Source of the DNA: Patescibacteria group bacterium | GTDB lineage: Bacteria; Patescibacteriota; UBA1384; DATEAH01 | Assembly (NCBI GenBank): GCA_035288465.1 | Contig: DATEAH010000005.1 | Coordinates: 67,636 to 131,635 of the forward strand | Reading direction: 5' to 3' | Length of the DNA stretch: 64,000 bases | In this document: piece after piece, positions 1 to 9,126 of the stretch | Layout of the letters: the number at the start of each line of letters is the position of its first letter | Position numbering within the stretch: the stretch's first letter is position 1 | Notes under the pieces: generated by a model | What the model saw: only the letters and a program-made list of their open reading frames with translations | What the model was told of the DNA's origin: nothing | The model's database searches: none | Translations under genes and position numbers: made by a program

Positions 1-417
1 GTAGAGGACTCGGAGTGGCGAGGCCCGCCCTCTGCCCTTAACAATCCCTCTCCCGGCACGCCAAAAGTGAATTTTTCATTCAGTGGAACAGTCCTTCCGA
101 AAACGGAGTTTCGGCTTTCCACGAATTCCAAAATCCACTTTTTGATACAAATAATTCCTAGGTTTTTAAAATTAAATTTGCCTGTTAGAAGTTGGTACTG
201 ATTCGGAGCCTGAAAACATTGGAAATTGATAAATTTAATAAGCGACAAGCTCGATTTAAAAGAAAAACGTAAATACCAGAGTGTCTGACAGATCAGCAAA
301 TTTAATTTTTCTGAGCGTGGCAGGGGATGGAGTCGTAGAGGTAAGGGGATGGCCTTTGCAACTTCGAATCCCCTTATCTTTACAAAAAATAAGTATCTTT
401 TACCCTCACAAAAATAA

Positions 418-522
418 TATAAGAACCTCTCGCTTCGCTCGAGAACCTTGTTGCGTGCTTGCGCTACCCCTTCGGGTCTGCGGCTTCGCCTTGCAAGCGA
501 TGCAATAAAAAAGTCACCATCG
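418..522. repeat. GC-rich structured repeat copy 1 (about 95 nt, 90% identical to copy at 3738-3842)
   Basis: Direct sequence comparison: ataagaacctctcg...gcaataaaaaag shared by both copies; internal inverted repeats (tctcg...cgaga; ttattgc...gcaataa); GC-rich in AT-rich intergenic DNA. Confidence 0.8.
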
Positions 523-632
523 AGGCGACAAAAAAATATTACAAAACTTGACAAAGTTTGACACAATTTGCTACAATATAAATATCATAAGAGAGAAACG
601 AACTTGCAACTGCGTGCTGCAAGCAACGCCTC

Positions 633-1160
633 TCATTTTTTATACTCTAATTTTTCCTTTTCATACTCAAGAAAAGTCTTATACGATTGAAAATCTTTTA
701 ATAAAGAAGATTGTGCTTTTAGATTTGGGATAATAATTCTTCGCAATTTTCTTTTTGAGATCAAGTATTTATAAAGGCAACGAAAATCTCCATCTCCCGA
801 GACAATTACCGCTTTATCGTAATTGTTGTATTCGATCGCGGCGGAATATAAAACCAATTCAGCATCAATATTTCCTTTTGGTTTGCCTAAATTATCTTTG
901 GTGGTTGGTTTAAAAATTAGTTTATACCCGCAAGATTGAAGCTGTTGATACATTTTTGATTGTTCTTTAATATAGCCGATAAAAAGGAAAGCTTTTGAAA
1001 CACGGAATTTGTCAGTTAGATAAATTCTGAATTTTTTAAAATCGAGCCGCCAACCTTTATAAATTTTCTTCCCCTTTTTATTAAAAAGGTCTTTATTCGT
1101 CCCAAGATTTAAGTTTTGGCTATCAATGAAAGCATAAATTATGGGAAATCTTTTTTTCAT
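633..1160 (-). CDS. NYN-domain (LabA/PIN-like) predicted ribonuclease
   Basis: 175 aa; FIDSQN...SGDGDF motif pattern of NYN/DUF88 family; RBS ggaga upstream of ATG. Confidence 0.6.
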   Translation of the reverse strand: MKKRFPIIYAFIDSQNLNLGTNKDLFNKKGKKIYKGWRLDFKKFRIYLTDKFRVSKAFLFIGYIKEQSKMYQQLQSCGYKLIFKPTTKDNLGKPKGNIDAELVLYSAAIEYNNYDKAVIVSGDGDFRCLYKYLISKRKLRRIIIPNLKAQSSLLKDFQSYKTFLEYEKEKLEYKK

Positions 1161-1270
1161 ATTTTTTCTCCAGCTTTAATCCTACTCCAAAATCAGCCGA
1201 AAAGCAATGTTATTTTTTGACAAAAGAGCTTATTTTTTGTAAAATAAAGTGGCTCAAAAAGGAGATGAGA

Positions 1271-1858
1271 AATGTGGGCATCCTGAACAGGTTGTTTGGC
1301 GGTTCAAATCCTTTAGATCAAAGAGTTAAACAGATCGCCGATGAATTGGGTAGAAAATGCCGAGAATATCTTCAACAGCACCAGATTAACCCACAAACAG
1401 AAGCAATTAATATTGGTACTGCTTGTGGAATTATAAGAAAAGCCCATCACCCCGCACAATTTACTGATATTGCTTTTGACCTAATGACTTATCCTTCGGA
1501 AGTAGCTTATGGAATTGTAAATTATTTTGACTATTTTACCCCACAGCTCGGATTTATCCCGGTTGGCACGATAATGGTTGCTTTATCAAAAATTGAATCG
1601 TTGTATCCGGGAGGCGTAATAATCCGGCTATCATTTGCCAAAGAAAATCCAGAACTTATGGAGGTTATTGAGTCAAAAGAAGAAAGAATCAAAAGAGCCG
1701 GCAAAATAATTGCGGTTGGCATCCTTTTTACTCAAGAAACTCTCCGAGGAGCAAGGACAATGTACAAAAATAATGTCTTTGATCCATTGGTTCAAGCGGC
1801 AACCATCGAAGAATTGCGGAATTTTGACCCAGAAGTTGCTAGCGCAATTATCAGTTAA
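1271..1858 (+). CDS. hypothetical protein
   Basis: ORF 1217-1858; start moved to ATG 1271 preceded by aaaggag RBS; no recognizable domain. Confidence 0.5.
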   Translation, partial: NVGILNRLFGGSNPLDQRVKQIADELGRKCREYLQQHQINPQTEAINIGTACGIIRKAHHPAQFTDIAFDLMTYPSEVAYGIVNYFDYFTPQLGFIPVGTIMVALSKIESLYPGGVIIRLSFAKENPELMEVIESKEERIKRAGKIIAVGILFTQETLRGARTMYKNNVFDPLVQAATIEELRNFDPEVASAIIS

Positions 1859-1895
1859 GCCCTAAGAGGCTTCGCCCTTTCAGGGCTTTTTTTAT
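1859..1895 (+). terminator. rho-independent terminator (plus strand)
   Basis: gggcttcgccctttcagggc hairpin then TTTTTTT. Confidence 0.6.
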
Positions 1896-1936
1896 AATAA
1901 AAAAACCCGTTGGGGGTGGTGAGACCCGAAACGGGT
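1896..1936 (-). terminator. rho-independent terminator (minus strand)
   Basis: cccgtttcgggtctcaccacccccaacggg hairpin followed by T-run on minus strand. Confidence 0.6.
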
Positions 1937-1958
1937 GGATAATAAAGAAAAGTTGAAA

Positions 1959-2978
1959 TTAGATGCCGAGGATTAGTTTGGCTTGATTAATAAGATCTTG
2001 AGTTAGTGATATTGGCTTGAGTTGATATGCTTTCTCGAGATTGCCGAGAGCTTCCTTGATCATTGCCTTATCTTGAGTTAAAACTCCGAGTCGAAATTGT
2101 GAACGACCATATCTCATATAGATATCGGGTGTTTTTTTATAATTTTCAACATAAGATTTACAGTAAACATTTATCAATTGGTATCGAGAAATATTATATT
2201 TATTGAAGCTTTCTTCGAGGTCTTTTAAGTGTTGTTTGATACTATCAGGTACCCCTACGAAGGGATCCCAATTAAAAGTTTTTTCTTCTTGAATATATAA
2301 TTCATCTGCTTCCATGCTTATTTCAAGAAACCATATATTAATAAGACACCCTATTACTGTTAAATCTTGTGGATCTGATATCTTAGAAAATTGTTGTTTA
2401 AATGATGCGAATGCCTCAGATCCAACATCTCGATAACTAGTAAGCTTAGCTTCATCTAGCTTGCGTTGACAAGCGACACAAAGAGAAATCATCTTTACAA
2501 CTTCTGTAGTCTCTTTGGGGTGAGAGAAAACTCCTTCATCTATAATTATTTTTTCGGTTGCAGCTGAATCAGCAAGATATTGTTGGCTAAAGTCTGGATC
2601 TTTAGAGAATAAAAAAGACTTGGCATCCCAGACTTCATTTTTTTCATTATTGGCCAAATATATCGACGCAGAAAGAGTATAAGCCATTACTTTTTTTCCT
2701 AAAGCATTAGAAATTTTCGCCGACCATCTTATTAATTCAAAATCTTCATTGAATTCTATATCATTTTCTTTGTCTTCTTTCTCTAAAATATTTAACATAT
2801 TTACGGCATCTATATATTTCCCTTCATCAAAATATCCCTTCATAAGAGCTAGTGAAATAATTCTGGACATTTCGTAATCTGATACTACAAACTTATCTTC
2901 GGCATAAATTATGTTGGAGAATACTAATATTAATAGGACAAAGAGTGCGAGGAAAATGCTGCGTGGCGCTTGTTTCAC
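1959..2978 (-). CDS. secreted hypothetical protein (signal peptide)
   Basis: 339 aa; N-terminal hydrophobic signal MKQAPRSIFLALFVLLILVFSNIIYA; gaggtga RBS. Confidence 0.6.
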   Translation of the reverse strand: MKQAPRSIFLALFVLLILVFSNIIYAEDKFVVSDYEMSRIISLALMKGYFDEGKYIDAVNMLNILEKEDKENDIEFNEDFELIRWSAKISNALGKKVMAYTLSASIYLANNEKNEVWDAKSFLFSKDPDFSQQYLADSAATEKIIIDEGVFSHPKETTEVVKMISLCVACQRKLDEAKLTSYRDVGSEAFASFKQQFSKISDPQDLTVIGCLINIWFLEISMEADELYIQEEKTFNWDPFVGVPDSIKQHLKDLEESFNKYNISRYQLINVYCKSYVENYKKTPDIYMRYGRSQFRLGVLTQDKAMIKEALGNLEKAYQLKPISLTQDLINQAKLILGI

Positions 2979-3128
2979 TTGTCTTCACCTCGGGTTGGTA
3001 AGGTACAAGGCGCTTGGGTCTTGCCTTTTGTTCAATTGACATTATTTTAGCTTTATTGCCTAAAATTGTCAAGAAAAAACCCACCTTAGGTTTGGTACCC
3101 CTGGGTGGGCAAAAAAATAGTGACAAGG

Positions 3129-3659
3129 TTATTCGGTGGCAGAAGCCAAGATGTTAATGCCACCGACTAATGGTAGTTGGAGACAATTGTTTGGAATTTG
3201 ATAATTCTTCTTGACAATTATGGCTGAAATTGCACCTTCGTGCGACGCAGTCAGCCAATAAGGTTCTTCCCCAATGGGAATGCGAGCATCATACAATGGT
3301 TGAATCCAATATTGTCCGCCAGCAAACGCATAAACAGCGACGTCATGCTGATCAGGATTAACATTAAAGGTTCGCCCCTCAACTACTTTGACAATTGGTT
3401 CGTAAATGTTAGTATCATCAACATGGACATTGCCATAATAGGCTTGGGTGCCGTCGATAATGATTTCGGGTTGATCTGAGGGTGTGTGCGATATTGGCGA
3501 AATACTGATTTTGTATATCGGCAATAAGGTAATTTCCCTAACTGACGAATTACTATAAACATAACCGACACTATAACCGCGTTGCTCCGAAGATGCGCAA
3601 CCGGCAACGAAGATAGTGATTAGTGCCAAAATGGCGAGCACAGCCAACACGTGTTTCAT
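3129..3659 (-). CDS. hypothetical lipoprotein
   Basis: Start at MKHVLAVLAILALITIFVAGC (lipobox VAGC) with gagagga RBS; ORF track gives longer 3129-3698. Confidence 0.6.
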   Translation of the reverse strand: MKHVLAVLAILALITIFVAGCASSEQRGYSVGYVYSNSSVREITLLPIYKISISPISHTPSDQPEIIIDGTQAYYGNVHVDDTNIYEPIVKVVEGRTFNVNPDQHDVAVYAFAGGQYWIQPLYDARIPIGEEPYWLTASHEGAISAIIVKKNYQIPNNCLQLPLVGGINILASATE

Positions 3660-3707
3660 CTGGATCTCGTCCTCTCGGGGTAGGTTGTTAATGTTCAAAT
3701 TAGTTAA

Positions 3708-3736
3708 ATTTTACACTTATAGTATAATTTTGTCAA
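3708..3736 (-). promoter_or_regulatory. sigma70-like promoter TTGACA-17-TAAAAT for lipoprotein gene
   Basis: Minus-strand TTGACAaaattatactataagtgTAAAAT about 40 nt upstream of start codon. Confidence 0.5.
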
Positions 3737-3737
3737 T

Positions 3738-3842
3738 AAGAACCTCTCGCTTTGCACGAGAACCTTATTGCTTCGCTTACGCGCTACCCTTTCGGACTGC
3801 GGCTTCGCCTTGTAAACGACGCAATAAAAAAGCCGCACTTGG
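3738..3842. repeat. GC-rich structured repeat copy 2
   Basis: About 90% identity to 418-522; abuts the -35 box of the lipoprotein promoter. Confidence 0.8.
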
Positions 3843-3883
3843 GCTGGATGAGCCGGGCGCGGCATTTGAAAATGGAATAATTA

Positions 3884-4501
3884 TTATCCCAAATCTATAT
3901 CGTCTTCGGGATCAAAACCCTCAAATAAACGCTCAAAGATCGCAGCTTCCTCTGATGACAGATTGTTGATTTGAGCAATATCAATACCATAATTAGCGAG
4001 AACCTCCCGAATCGTCGGCAAGAAAAGATCGCTAGCCTGATCAAGTTTATCCTTAAGTTCTGGCGTCATGGCCTCGGCGGGAATATGAACCATAATACTT
4101 CCCCATGGGGCACTGACCAAAAGAGAAATAACTGACTTTACCCTAATCCCCAAATCTTCCATTGTTTTGACAGTCTCACTCTCTCGACCTTCGAGCAATT
4201 TATTTTCAATCTGGCCTAAGAAACTAAAGACTTCCTTAATATCTTCAAGATGAGCGTATTCATCCGGATGTTCGCGACAATAAACCTTAAAGTCATCAAT
4301 CATTTTGCTTTTTTCGCGATTAAACATCGCGTTAGTTATCCCGCCGGTAATCATTCCATTAAATAATTCGGAAATCATTGGATGTTGTCGCCAAGCATTT
4401 GCTCGTTGTTCGACAAAAATTTCAATGCAGACACAGATCTCTTCGTAGGTCAAGCTGATCGTCTCCTTTGGGGTGATATACTGAAAAAACAGATATATCA
4501 T
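3884..4501 (-). CDS. hypothetical protein
   Basis: 205 aa ORF, no recognizable motif. Confidence 0.5.
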   Translation of the reverse strand: MIYLFFQYITPKETISLTYEEICVCIEIFVEQRANAWRQHPMISELFNGMITGGITNAMFNREKSKMIDDFKVYCREHPDEYAHLEDIKEVFSFLGQIENKLLEGRESETVKTMEDLGIRVKSVISLLVSAPWGSIMVHIPAEAMTPELKDKLDQASDLFLPTIREVLANYGIDIAQINNLSSEEAAIFERLFEGFDPEDDIDLG

Positions 4502-4603
4502 ACTTTTTTGATTAAATAAAGTCAGGAAAAAAAGAGGCGGTGCAAATTTTGTAATTTGAACTGCCTCGGGCAGAAAAAGATTAGAAATTAATTATTAAGT
4601 TGG

Positions 4604-5296
4604 TTATGTAGCGACAGTTGGCTCTGGAACTTCCGGTTCGGCTGGAATTTCTGGTTCAAATTGTTCATAGCCTAGTTGCTGACAAACTTTGATTATGTAT
4701 TGGAGGTTCTCTAATTTACCGCCATTTTGCTCGAAGTATTCCAAACGCACTGCTGGCGACGTTACAATAATATCTTGTCCAAAACCACCCGTTAGAAGAT
4801 GATAACGCCACTCACCCATATTGATTTCGCAACGTTCCGGATTATCAAATTCCTTATTGTCACAGGCATCGCTATAGAAAGTGAACCGGCCTGAATATTC
4901 AAGTCCCACAAATCCTTGAGCAATCTTGATCGCTTCCTCAAATTTCATCCCGAAATCATGGCCTACCTGGCTAAAGGAGACAAAATCCGGCCACATCCTG
5001 TCAACTGCAATAGCATAATAATTCGCTGGCTTGTAATTCTGTGTATCTGCATCATATCCACCTTCAATTATCGGGCTATCCGTATGGTTAAAACGAGCAA
5101 TTTGTAATCCTGTTCCAACAACGACTCTTCCGGTATCAATTAAGTCTTGTGGAGCTTCAAGATAAGCATTAAACCAGCGTTGATTTCTTCGAGCCTCTTT
5201 CCAGCCGATTACCACCGCGTTAATGACCGTGCAAACTGCGTTCTTTAGTCGCATGTGATCTGGAAACTTGAAAAACAGTTCTTCGGTTGCGCTCAT
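4604..5296 (-). CDS. hypothetical protein
   Basis: 230 aa ORF with aaggagg RBS; acidic Pro/Glu-rich C-terminal tail; locally elevated GC. Confidence 0.55.
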   Translation of the reverse strand: MSATEELFFKFPDHMRLKNAVCTVINAVVIGWKEARRNQRWFNAYLEAPQDLIDTGRVVVGTGLQIARFNHTDSPIIEGGYDADTQNYKPANYYAIAVDRMWPDFVSFSQVGHDFGMKFEEAIKIAQGFVGLEYSGRFTFYSDACDNKEFDNPERCEINMGEWRYHLLTGGFGQDIIVTSPAVRLEYFEQNGGKLENLQYIIKVCQQLGYEQFEPEIPAEPEVPEPTVAT

Positions 5297-5380
5297 ACTA
5301 GCTGACCTCCTTGCCTTTCTTGGATTGTCTGTATTTTACAACAGAAAATTTTACTTGTCAATAATTAACTATACAAAGGG

Positions 5381-5409
5381 TTTACAAATGACAAAAAAAT
5401 GTGTATAAT
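5381..5409 (+). promoter_or_regulatory. sigma70-like promoter TTTACA-17-TATAAT for typA
   Basis: -10 ends 8 nt before ATG 5418, implying a leaderless or near-leaderless mRNA. Confidence 0.5.
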
Positions 5410-5417
5410 AACAAAGT

Positions 5418-7238
5418 ATGGAATTAAGAAATATTGCAATTATTGCCCATGTTGATCACGGCAAAACGACTTTGGTTGACGGGCTCTTAAAACAATCGAA
5501 CACCTTTCGAGATAATGAGGCAGAAATGTCTCAGGATTTAATTATGGACTCAAATGATCAAGAAAGGGAACGCGGGATTACCATTTTAGCTAAAAATACG
5601 GCGGTGCATTACAAAGATGTCAAAATCAATATTATTGATACACCCGGACATGCTGATTTTGGTGGTGAAGTGGAACGCACTTTGAATATGGCAGACGGGG
5701 CGATTTTGCTAATTGATGCCCAGGAAGGACCGATGCCCCAGACCAAATTTGTTCTCAAAAAAGCTTTGGAAATTGGCTTAAAATTAATTGTGGTAATTAA
5801 TAAAATCGACAAGCGCGATGTCCAAGTGGCAAACACCCTTAATAAAACTTATGATTTATTTTTAGATCTGGCGACTCATGAATCTCAACTGGATTTTCCG
5901 GTTTATTTTTGTATTAGCCGTGAAGGCAAAGCTTGGGATGAATTGCCCCAGGATTGCCAAGAAGCGGCGGATTTGACGCCAATTTTTAAAGCAATTCTAA
6001 AATATATCCCAGCTCCTGATACAGATAGCAATAAACCTTTCCAAATGCAGGTGACTAATTTGGATTGGGATAATTTTCAAGGCAAATATGCGGTTGGTAG
6101 AATTACGAATGGTAAAACTGAGGAAAAACTCGCGGTTTCAATTGTAAATTCCGAGGGGGTTTTAGGAACTGCTCGGATTGAAAAAATTTATGTCAACCAG
6201 GGCTTAAAAAAAGTTGAAGTAAAAAAGGCGGAGGCTGGCAATATTGTGGCTATTACCGGAATACCGAATGCTAATATCGGCGACACGATTGCGGATTCTA
6301 AAAATCCAATCGCCCTGCCGCCAATTAAAATCGAAGAGCCAACTTTGAAAATGGCGATTTCGGCTAACACCTCGCCTTTTGCCGGTCTGGAAGGCGAATT
6401 TGTGACCAGCCGTCAAATTTTAGAACGAATTAAAAAAGAGCTGCAAACCAATATTTCCTTAAAGCTCGAAGAAAATGGGACCGAATTTATTTTGTCTGGC
6501 CGCGGAGAATTACATTTGTCGGTTTTTATCGAAACTTTACGGCGTGAAGGTTTTGAACTTCAAGTGAAAAAACCACAGGTTATCACCAAAGGAATTGACG
6601 GCACAATCTCGGAACCGGTTGAAGAATTAACGATCGATGTTGATTGCGATAAAATTGGGGTTGTTAAAGCCGAAGTTGGTAAAAGAAAAGGTATTTTACT
6701 TTCTCATGACCAAAACAGTGATGGGACAACCCGTTTGGTGTACGAAATTACCACCAGAGGTTTATTGGGCTTGAGAAACCAGTTGCTGAGAATTACTCGC
6801 GGCACGGCAACTTTGAATTCGATTTTTCTTCGTTTTCAGCCTGCTGGCGCTGAGCTGCCGAAACTTCGAAACGGGGTTTTGATTGCTTCGGCTGGCGGAA
6901 AGGCGGTTGCATATGGAATAAATATCGCACAAGGTCGCGGCATGACCATAATTGAACCTAATGCCCAAGTATACGCGGGACAAATTATTGGTTTAAATAA
7001 TCGTGGCGAAGATCTTGAAATTAATGTCACCAAAGAAAAACAAAAAACCAATATTCGTTCTTCGACTTCTGATATCGCGGTTATTTTAACCCCGCCAACC
7101 CTTTTGTCGCTCGAACAATGTTTGGATTTTTTGGAAAACGATGAATTTTTGGAAGTAACACCGAAGAATTTGCGGCTTCGAAAAATAATTTTAGACGCAG
7201 TATCGCGCGCAAAAGCCAAAAAAGTGAACTCAAATTAA
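5418..7238 (+). CDS. typA: translational GTPase TypA/BipA
   Basis: 606 aa; [13 protein letters not shown]1 motif, [13 protein letters not shown]; full-length BipA architecture. Confidence 0.95.
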   Translation: MELRNIAIIAHVDHGKTTLVDGLLKQSNTFRDNEAEMSQDLIMDSNDQERERGITILAKNTAVHYKDVKINIIDTPGHADFGGEVERTLNMADGAILLIDAQEGPMPQTKFVLKKALEIGLKLIVVINKIDKRDVQVANTLNKTYDLFLDLATHESQLDFPVYFCISREGKAWDELPQDCQEAADLTPIFKAILKYIPAPDTDSNKPFQMQVTNLDWDNFQGKYAVGRITNGKTEEKLAVSIVNSEGVLGTARIEKIYVNQGLKKVEVKKAEAGNIVAITGIPNANIGDTIADSKNPIALPPIKIEEPTLKMAISANTSPFAGLEGEFVTSRQILERIKKELQTNISLKLEENGTEFILSGRGELHLSVFIETLRREGFELQVKKPQVITKGIDGTISEPVEELTIDVDCDKIGVVKAEVGKRKGILLSHDQNSDGTTRLVYEITTRGLLGLRNQLLRITRGTATLNSIFLRFQPAGAELPKLRNGVLIASAGGKAVAYGINIAQGRGMTIIEPNAQVYAGQIIGLNNRGEDLEINVTKEKQKTNIRSSTSDIAVILTPPTLLSLEQCLDFLENDEFLEVTPKNLRLRKIILDAVSRAKAKKVNSN

Positions 7239-7246
7239 TTTTTTAA

Positions 7247-7783
7247 TCAACCTTTGCCAAGAGTTTTTTGGCCAGGTTTCCAGCCAGCCGGACTCATTTC
7301 GCCGGTTTGTAGGGCTTTGAGAACTCGCAAAATTTCGGTCACACTTCTGCCAACATTATTATCGGAAACTAAAATATAACGAATGATTCCTTTGGGATCA
7401 ATGATAAAAGTGCCTCTTGAGGAAATTCCGGAGGCTAAATCTATTTCATATTTTTGAATGGCTTCTTTGTTGATATCTGATAAGAGCGGGAATTTTATAT
7501 CGCCTAGTTGTCTTGACCATTCCTGATGGGCATAAACGCTGTCGACACTGACTCCTAAAATTTCCGTGTGGCTATCTGCGAATTCCTGATATTTTTTATT
7601 CAGAGCGATAATTTCCGTCGGACAGACAAAACTAAAATCCAAGGGATAAAAAAAGAGAATTACCCACTTTTTACGATAATCTTTTAAGTTGTATTTCTTG
7701 ATATGGTTGGCTTTGAAACCTTCAAGAATAATATTGGGGGCTTTTTGACCAAGTTTAATCATTTTTTTCCTTTCTTTTGCCAC
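7247..7783 (-). CDS. peroxiredoxin (AhpC/TSA family)
   Basis: 178 aa; FFYPLDFSFVCPTE peroxidatic-cysteine motif. Confidence 0.9.
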   Translation of the reverse strand: MAKERKKMIKLGQKAPNIILEGFKANHIKKYNLKDYRKKWVILFFYPLDFSFVCPTEIIALNKKYQEFADSHTEILGVSVDSVYAHQEWSRQLGDIKFPLLSDINKEAIQKYEIDLASGISSRGTFIIDPKGIIRYILVSDNNVGRSVTEILRVLKALQTGEMSPAGWKPGQKTLGKG

Positions 7784-7797
7784 GAGATGGCGAAGTA

Positions 7798-7990
7798 TGG
7801 CTGAGCCATTTTTCGTGGCTCCGGGACAGGGATTCGAAGGGCTAAAGCCCGTCTCAACGCAGTCGTGGTATTTTTATTTCACGATTTGTGTAATAATTTC
7901 AGCATAAATAATTTTGTGGTTTGCGCAACGGGGTTCTCGCCAGATCACGGACAACTCAAAATCTTCCTATAAAACTGAAAAATTTTGAGT
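7798..7990 (-). mobile_element. putative miniature tRNA-linked element A (between tRNA-Gln and peroxiredoxin gene)
   Basis: Contains terminator-like hairpin, gaacccNNNgcg block, AT-rich block, conserved hairpin gggctttagccc (7839-7850) and a 23-nt duplicate of the tRNA-Gln 3' end (7816-7838). Confidence 0.4.
7816..7838 (-). repeat. duplicate of tRNA-Gln 3' end (T-loop to CCA), 1 mismatch
   Basis: ttcgaatccctgtcccggagcca vs tRNA tccgaatccctatcccggagcca at 7991-8013; lacks T-stem 5' strand so not a tRNA. Confidence 0.85.
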
Positions 7991-8064
7991 TGGCTCCGGG
8001 ATAGGGATTCGGACCCCAATTTTCAGGACCAAAACCTGACGTCCTGCCATTAGACGATCCCGGA
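7991..8064 (-). tRNA. tRNA-Gln (anticodon TTG), CCA encoded
   Basis: Hand-folded cloverleaf: acceptor tccggga/tcccgga, D-stem gtct/ggac, anticodon stem tcagg/cctga, loop ttTTGgt, T-arm tgggg-tccgaat-cccta. Confidence 0.85.
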
Positions 8065-8130
8065 ATCTGCTTTAATTCTATCACAAATTATGCTTATTTA
8101 AAATAAAATCACCCAATTTGGGTGATTTTG

Positions 8131-8151
8131 TATATCTTGAGTGGATAATAA
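8131..8151 (+). repeat. 21-bp direct repeat identical to rnpB 3' end (copy distal to rnpB)
   Basis: atatcttgagtggataataag identical to 9165-9185; both copies preceded by a GC hairpin plus gatttt. Confidence 0.85.
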
Positions 8152-8187
8152 GATGAATTAATAATATAATACAACCAGGAGGAAATA

Positions 8188-9108
8188 ATGAATGGACCAG
8201 AAATATTTTCGGAATCAAATGGAGAACATGATCACAACGAATTTTCTAATATTCCAATAGACCCAGAAATTTCAGAGGAAAATACTAAAGCCCGAGAACT
8301 TACAAGTTTAACGATAGACTTTTTGCATAATGCTCACATTTCTAAAGAAAAAAGAGGTAATCCAGAGCTACAAGATGCAACTTTAATGAGATTATTCCAA
8401 GACCAGTCCTGGCGTCTCAGAGTTAATAAAGCAACCCAGAAAGCAGATCAAGAGTGGCAAAAGACAGCCAAAACTTTTACAGTCGCGAGAGAGTTGTCGC
8501 GAGAAGCACCCTTTGTTACTCCGTCGTTTGCTTGTCCTTCGCCATTTGTTGAATTGTTAGCTGATTATGATCAGGGCTTAGAAATTGCTAAACTTAAAGA
8601 AAATTCACCATTGGAAAGTTGGCTAGAAGCTTATATTCGCGAAAGACCGGTTAAATTTTATAATCCTTCTCATAGTCTTGCATCTCCTGATCTTATTGCA
8701 CTTAGACGTGAAGGAAAATCGGCAGTAATAGTTGCCGTTGGCGAAGCGAAAAGAGGTTATCTCGGTGTCGGGGAAAGACCTTCTCAATCTAGGGATCGCA
8801 GAGAGGGATTGCCACAATTTAGAAAAATACTTAGAGATCTCCCTAAAAGAGTTAAACTTCTCAATTCTAATCTTTCTTCCATGAGAGAAAAAAGGCCATT
8901 TCTAAAAGAAATTGATGAATTTGCGGTTGCAGGTTTAACCGAATTGAAAAAATATTTAATAGTCCCATTTGATGTCGCTACTCCTCGTGAAGACATGAAA
9001 ATTCGAGGTCTTGAGCCTTGGGAAAGAGATGAAATGAGTTTTTCACGCCAAGAATTGGCTTACCTTTCATTGTTATTAGTGCGTCAATCAAAAATAAAAA
9101 AACAATAA
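8188..9108 (+). CDS. hypothetical protein (cargo of the segment bounded by rnpB 3' end repeats)
   Basis: 306 aa; strong aggagg RBS; no recombinase or other recognizable motifs. Confidence 0.6.
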   Translation: MNGPEIFSESNGEHDHNEFSNIPIDPEISEENTKARELTSLTIDFLHNAHISKEKRGNPELQDATLMRLFQDQSWRLRVNKATQKADQEWQKTAKTFTVARELSREAPFVTPSFACPSPFVELLADYDQGLEIAKLKENSPLESWLEAYIRERPVKFYNPSHSLASPDLIALRREGKSAVIVAVGEAKRGYLGVGERPSQSRDRREGLPQFRKILRDLPKRVKLLNSNLSSMREKRPFLKEIDEFAVAGLTELKKYLIVPFDVATPREDMKIRGLEPWERDEMSFSRQELAYLSLLLVRQSKIKKQ

Positions 9109-9126
9109 GATCTAAATCAAAAATTA

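Noticed and set aside
281-508. 75-aa plus-strand ORF (and its sibling 3616-3969, 117 aa) sharing the peptide IRTSRFAREP
   Set aside because: Both are simply translations through the two copies of the GC-rich structured repeat. There is no RBS, they overlap intergenic promoters, and the similarity is at nucleotide level including non-coding flanks.
418-522. GC-rich repeat as SRP (4.5S) RNA
   Set aside because: Minus strand has a CC-GAAA-GG / CAG...AGCGC segment loosely reminiscent of SRP domain IV. However the tetraloop differs between the copies (GAAG in one), the conserved AGCAGC/AAGG loop nucleotides are not matched, and two tandem ffs copies 3 kb apart would be odd.
548-733. 61-aa plus-strand ORF overlapping the NYN gene 3' end
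   Set aside because: No RBS. It spans a promoter-like element and a hairpin, and is more consistent with a small antisense transcript than a protein.
5609-7219. Several minus-strand ORFs (5609-5836, 6188-6370, 6204-6416, 6762-6983, 6836-7219) inside typA
   Set aside because: Antisense to a highly conserved, full-length typA, with no RBS or domain signal. They are spurious.
7798-7875. Possibility that the Gln/Trp/Lys 3'-end copies are complete pseudo-tRNAs or intron-containing tRNAs
   Set aside because: The copies begin at the T-loop and the upstream hairpin cannot supply the T-stem 5' strand, the acceptor 5' strand or an anticodon arm. No cloverleaf can be drawn.
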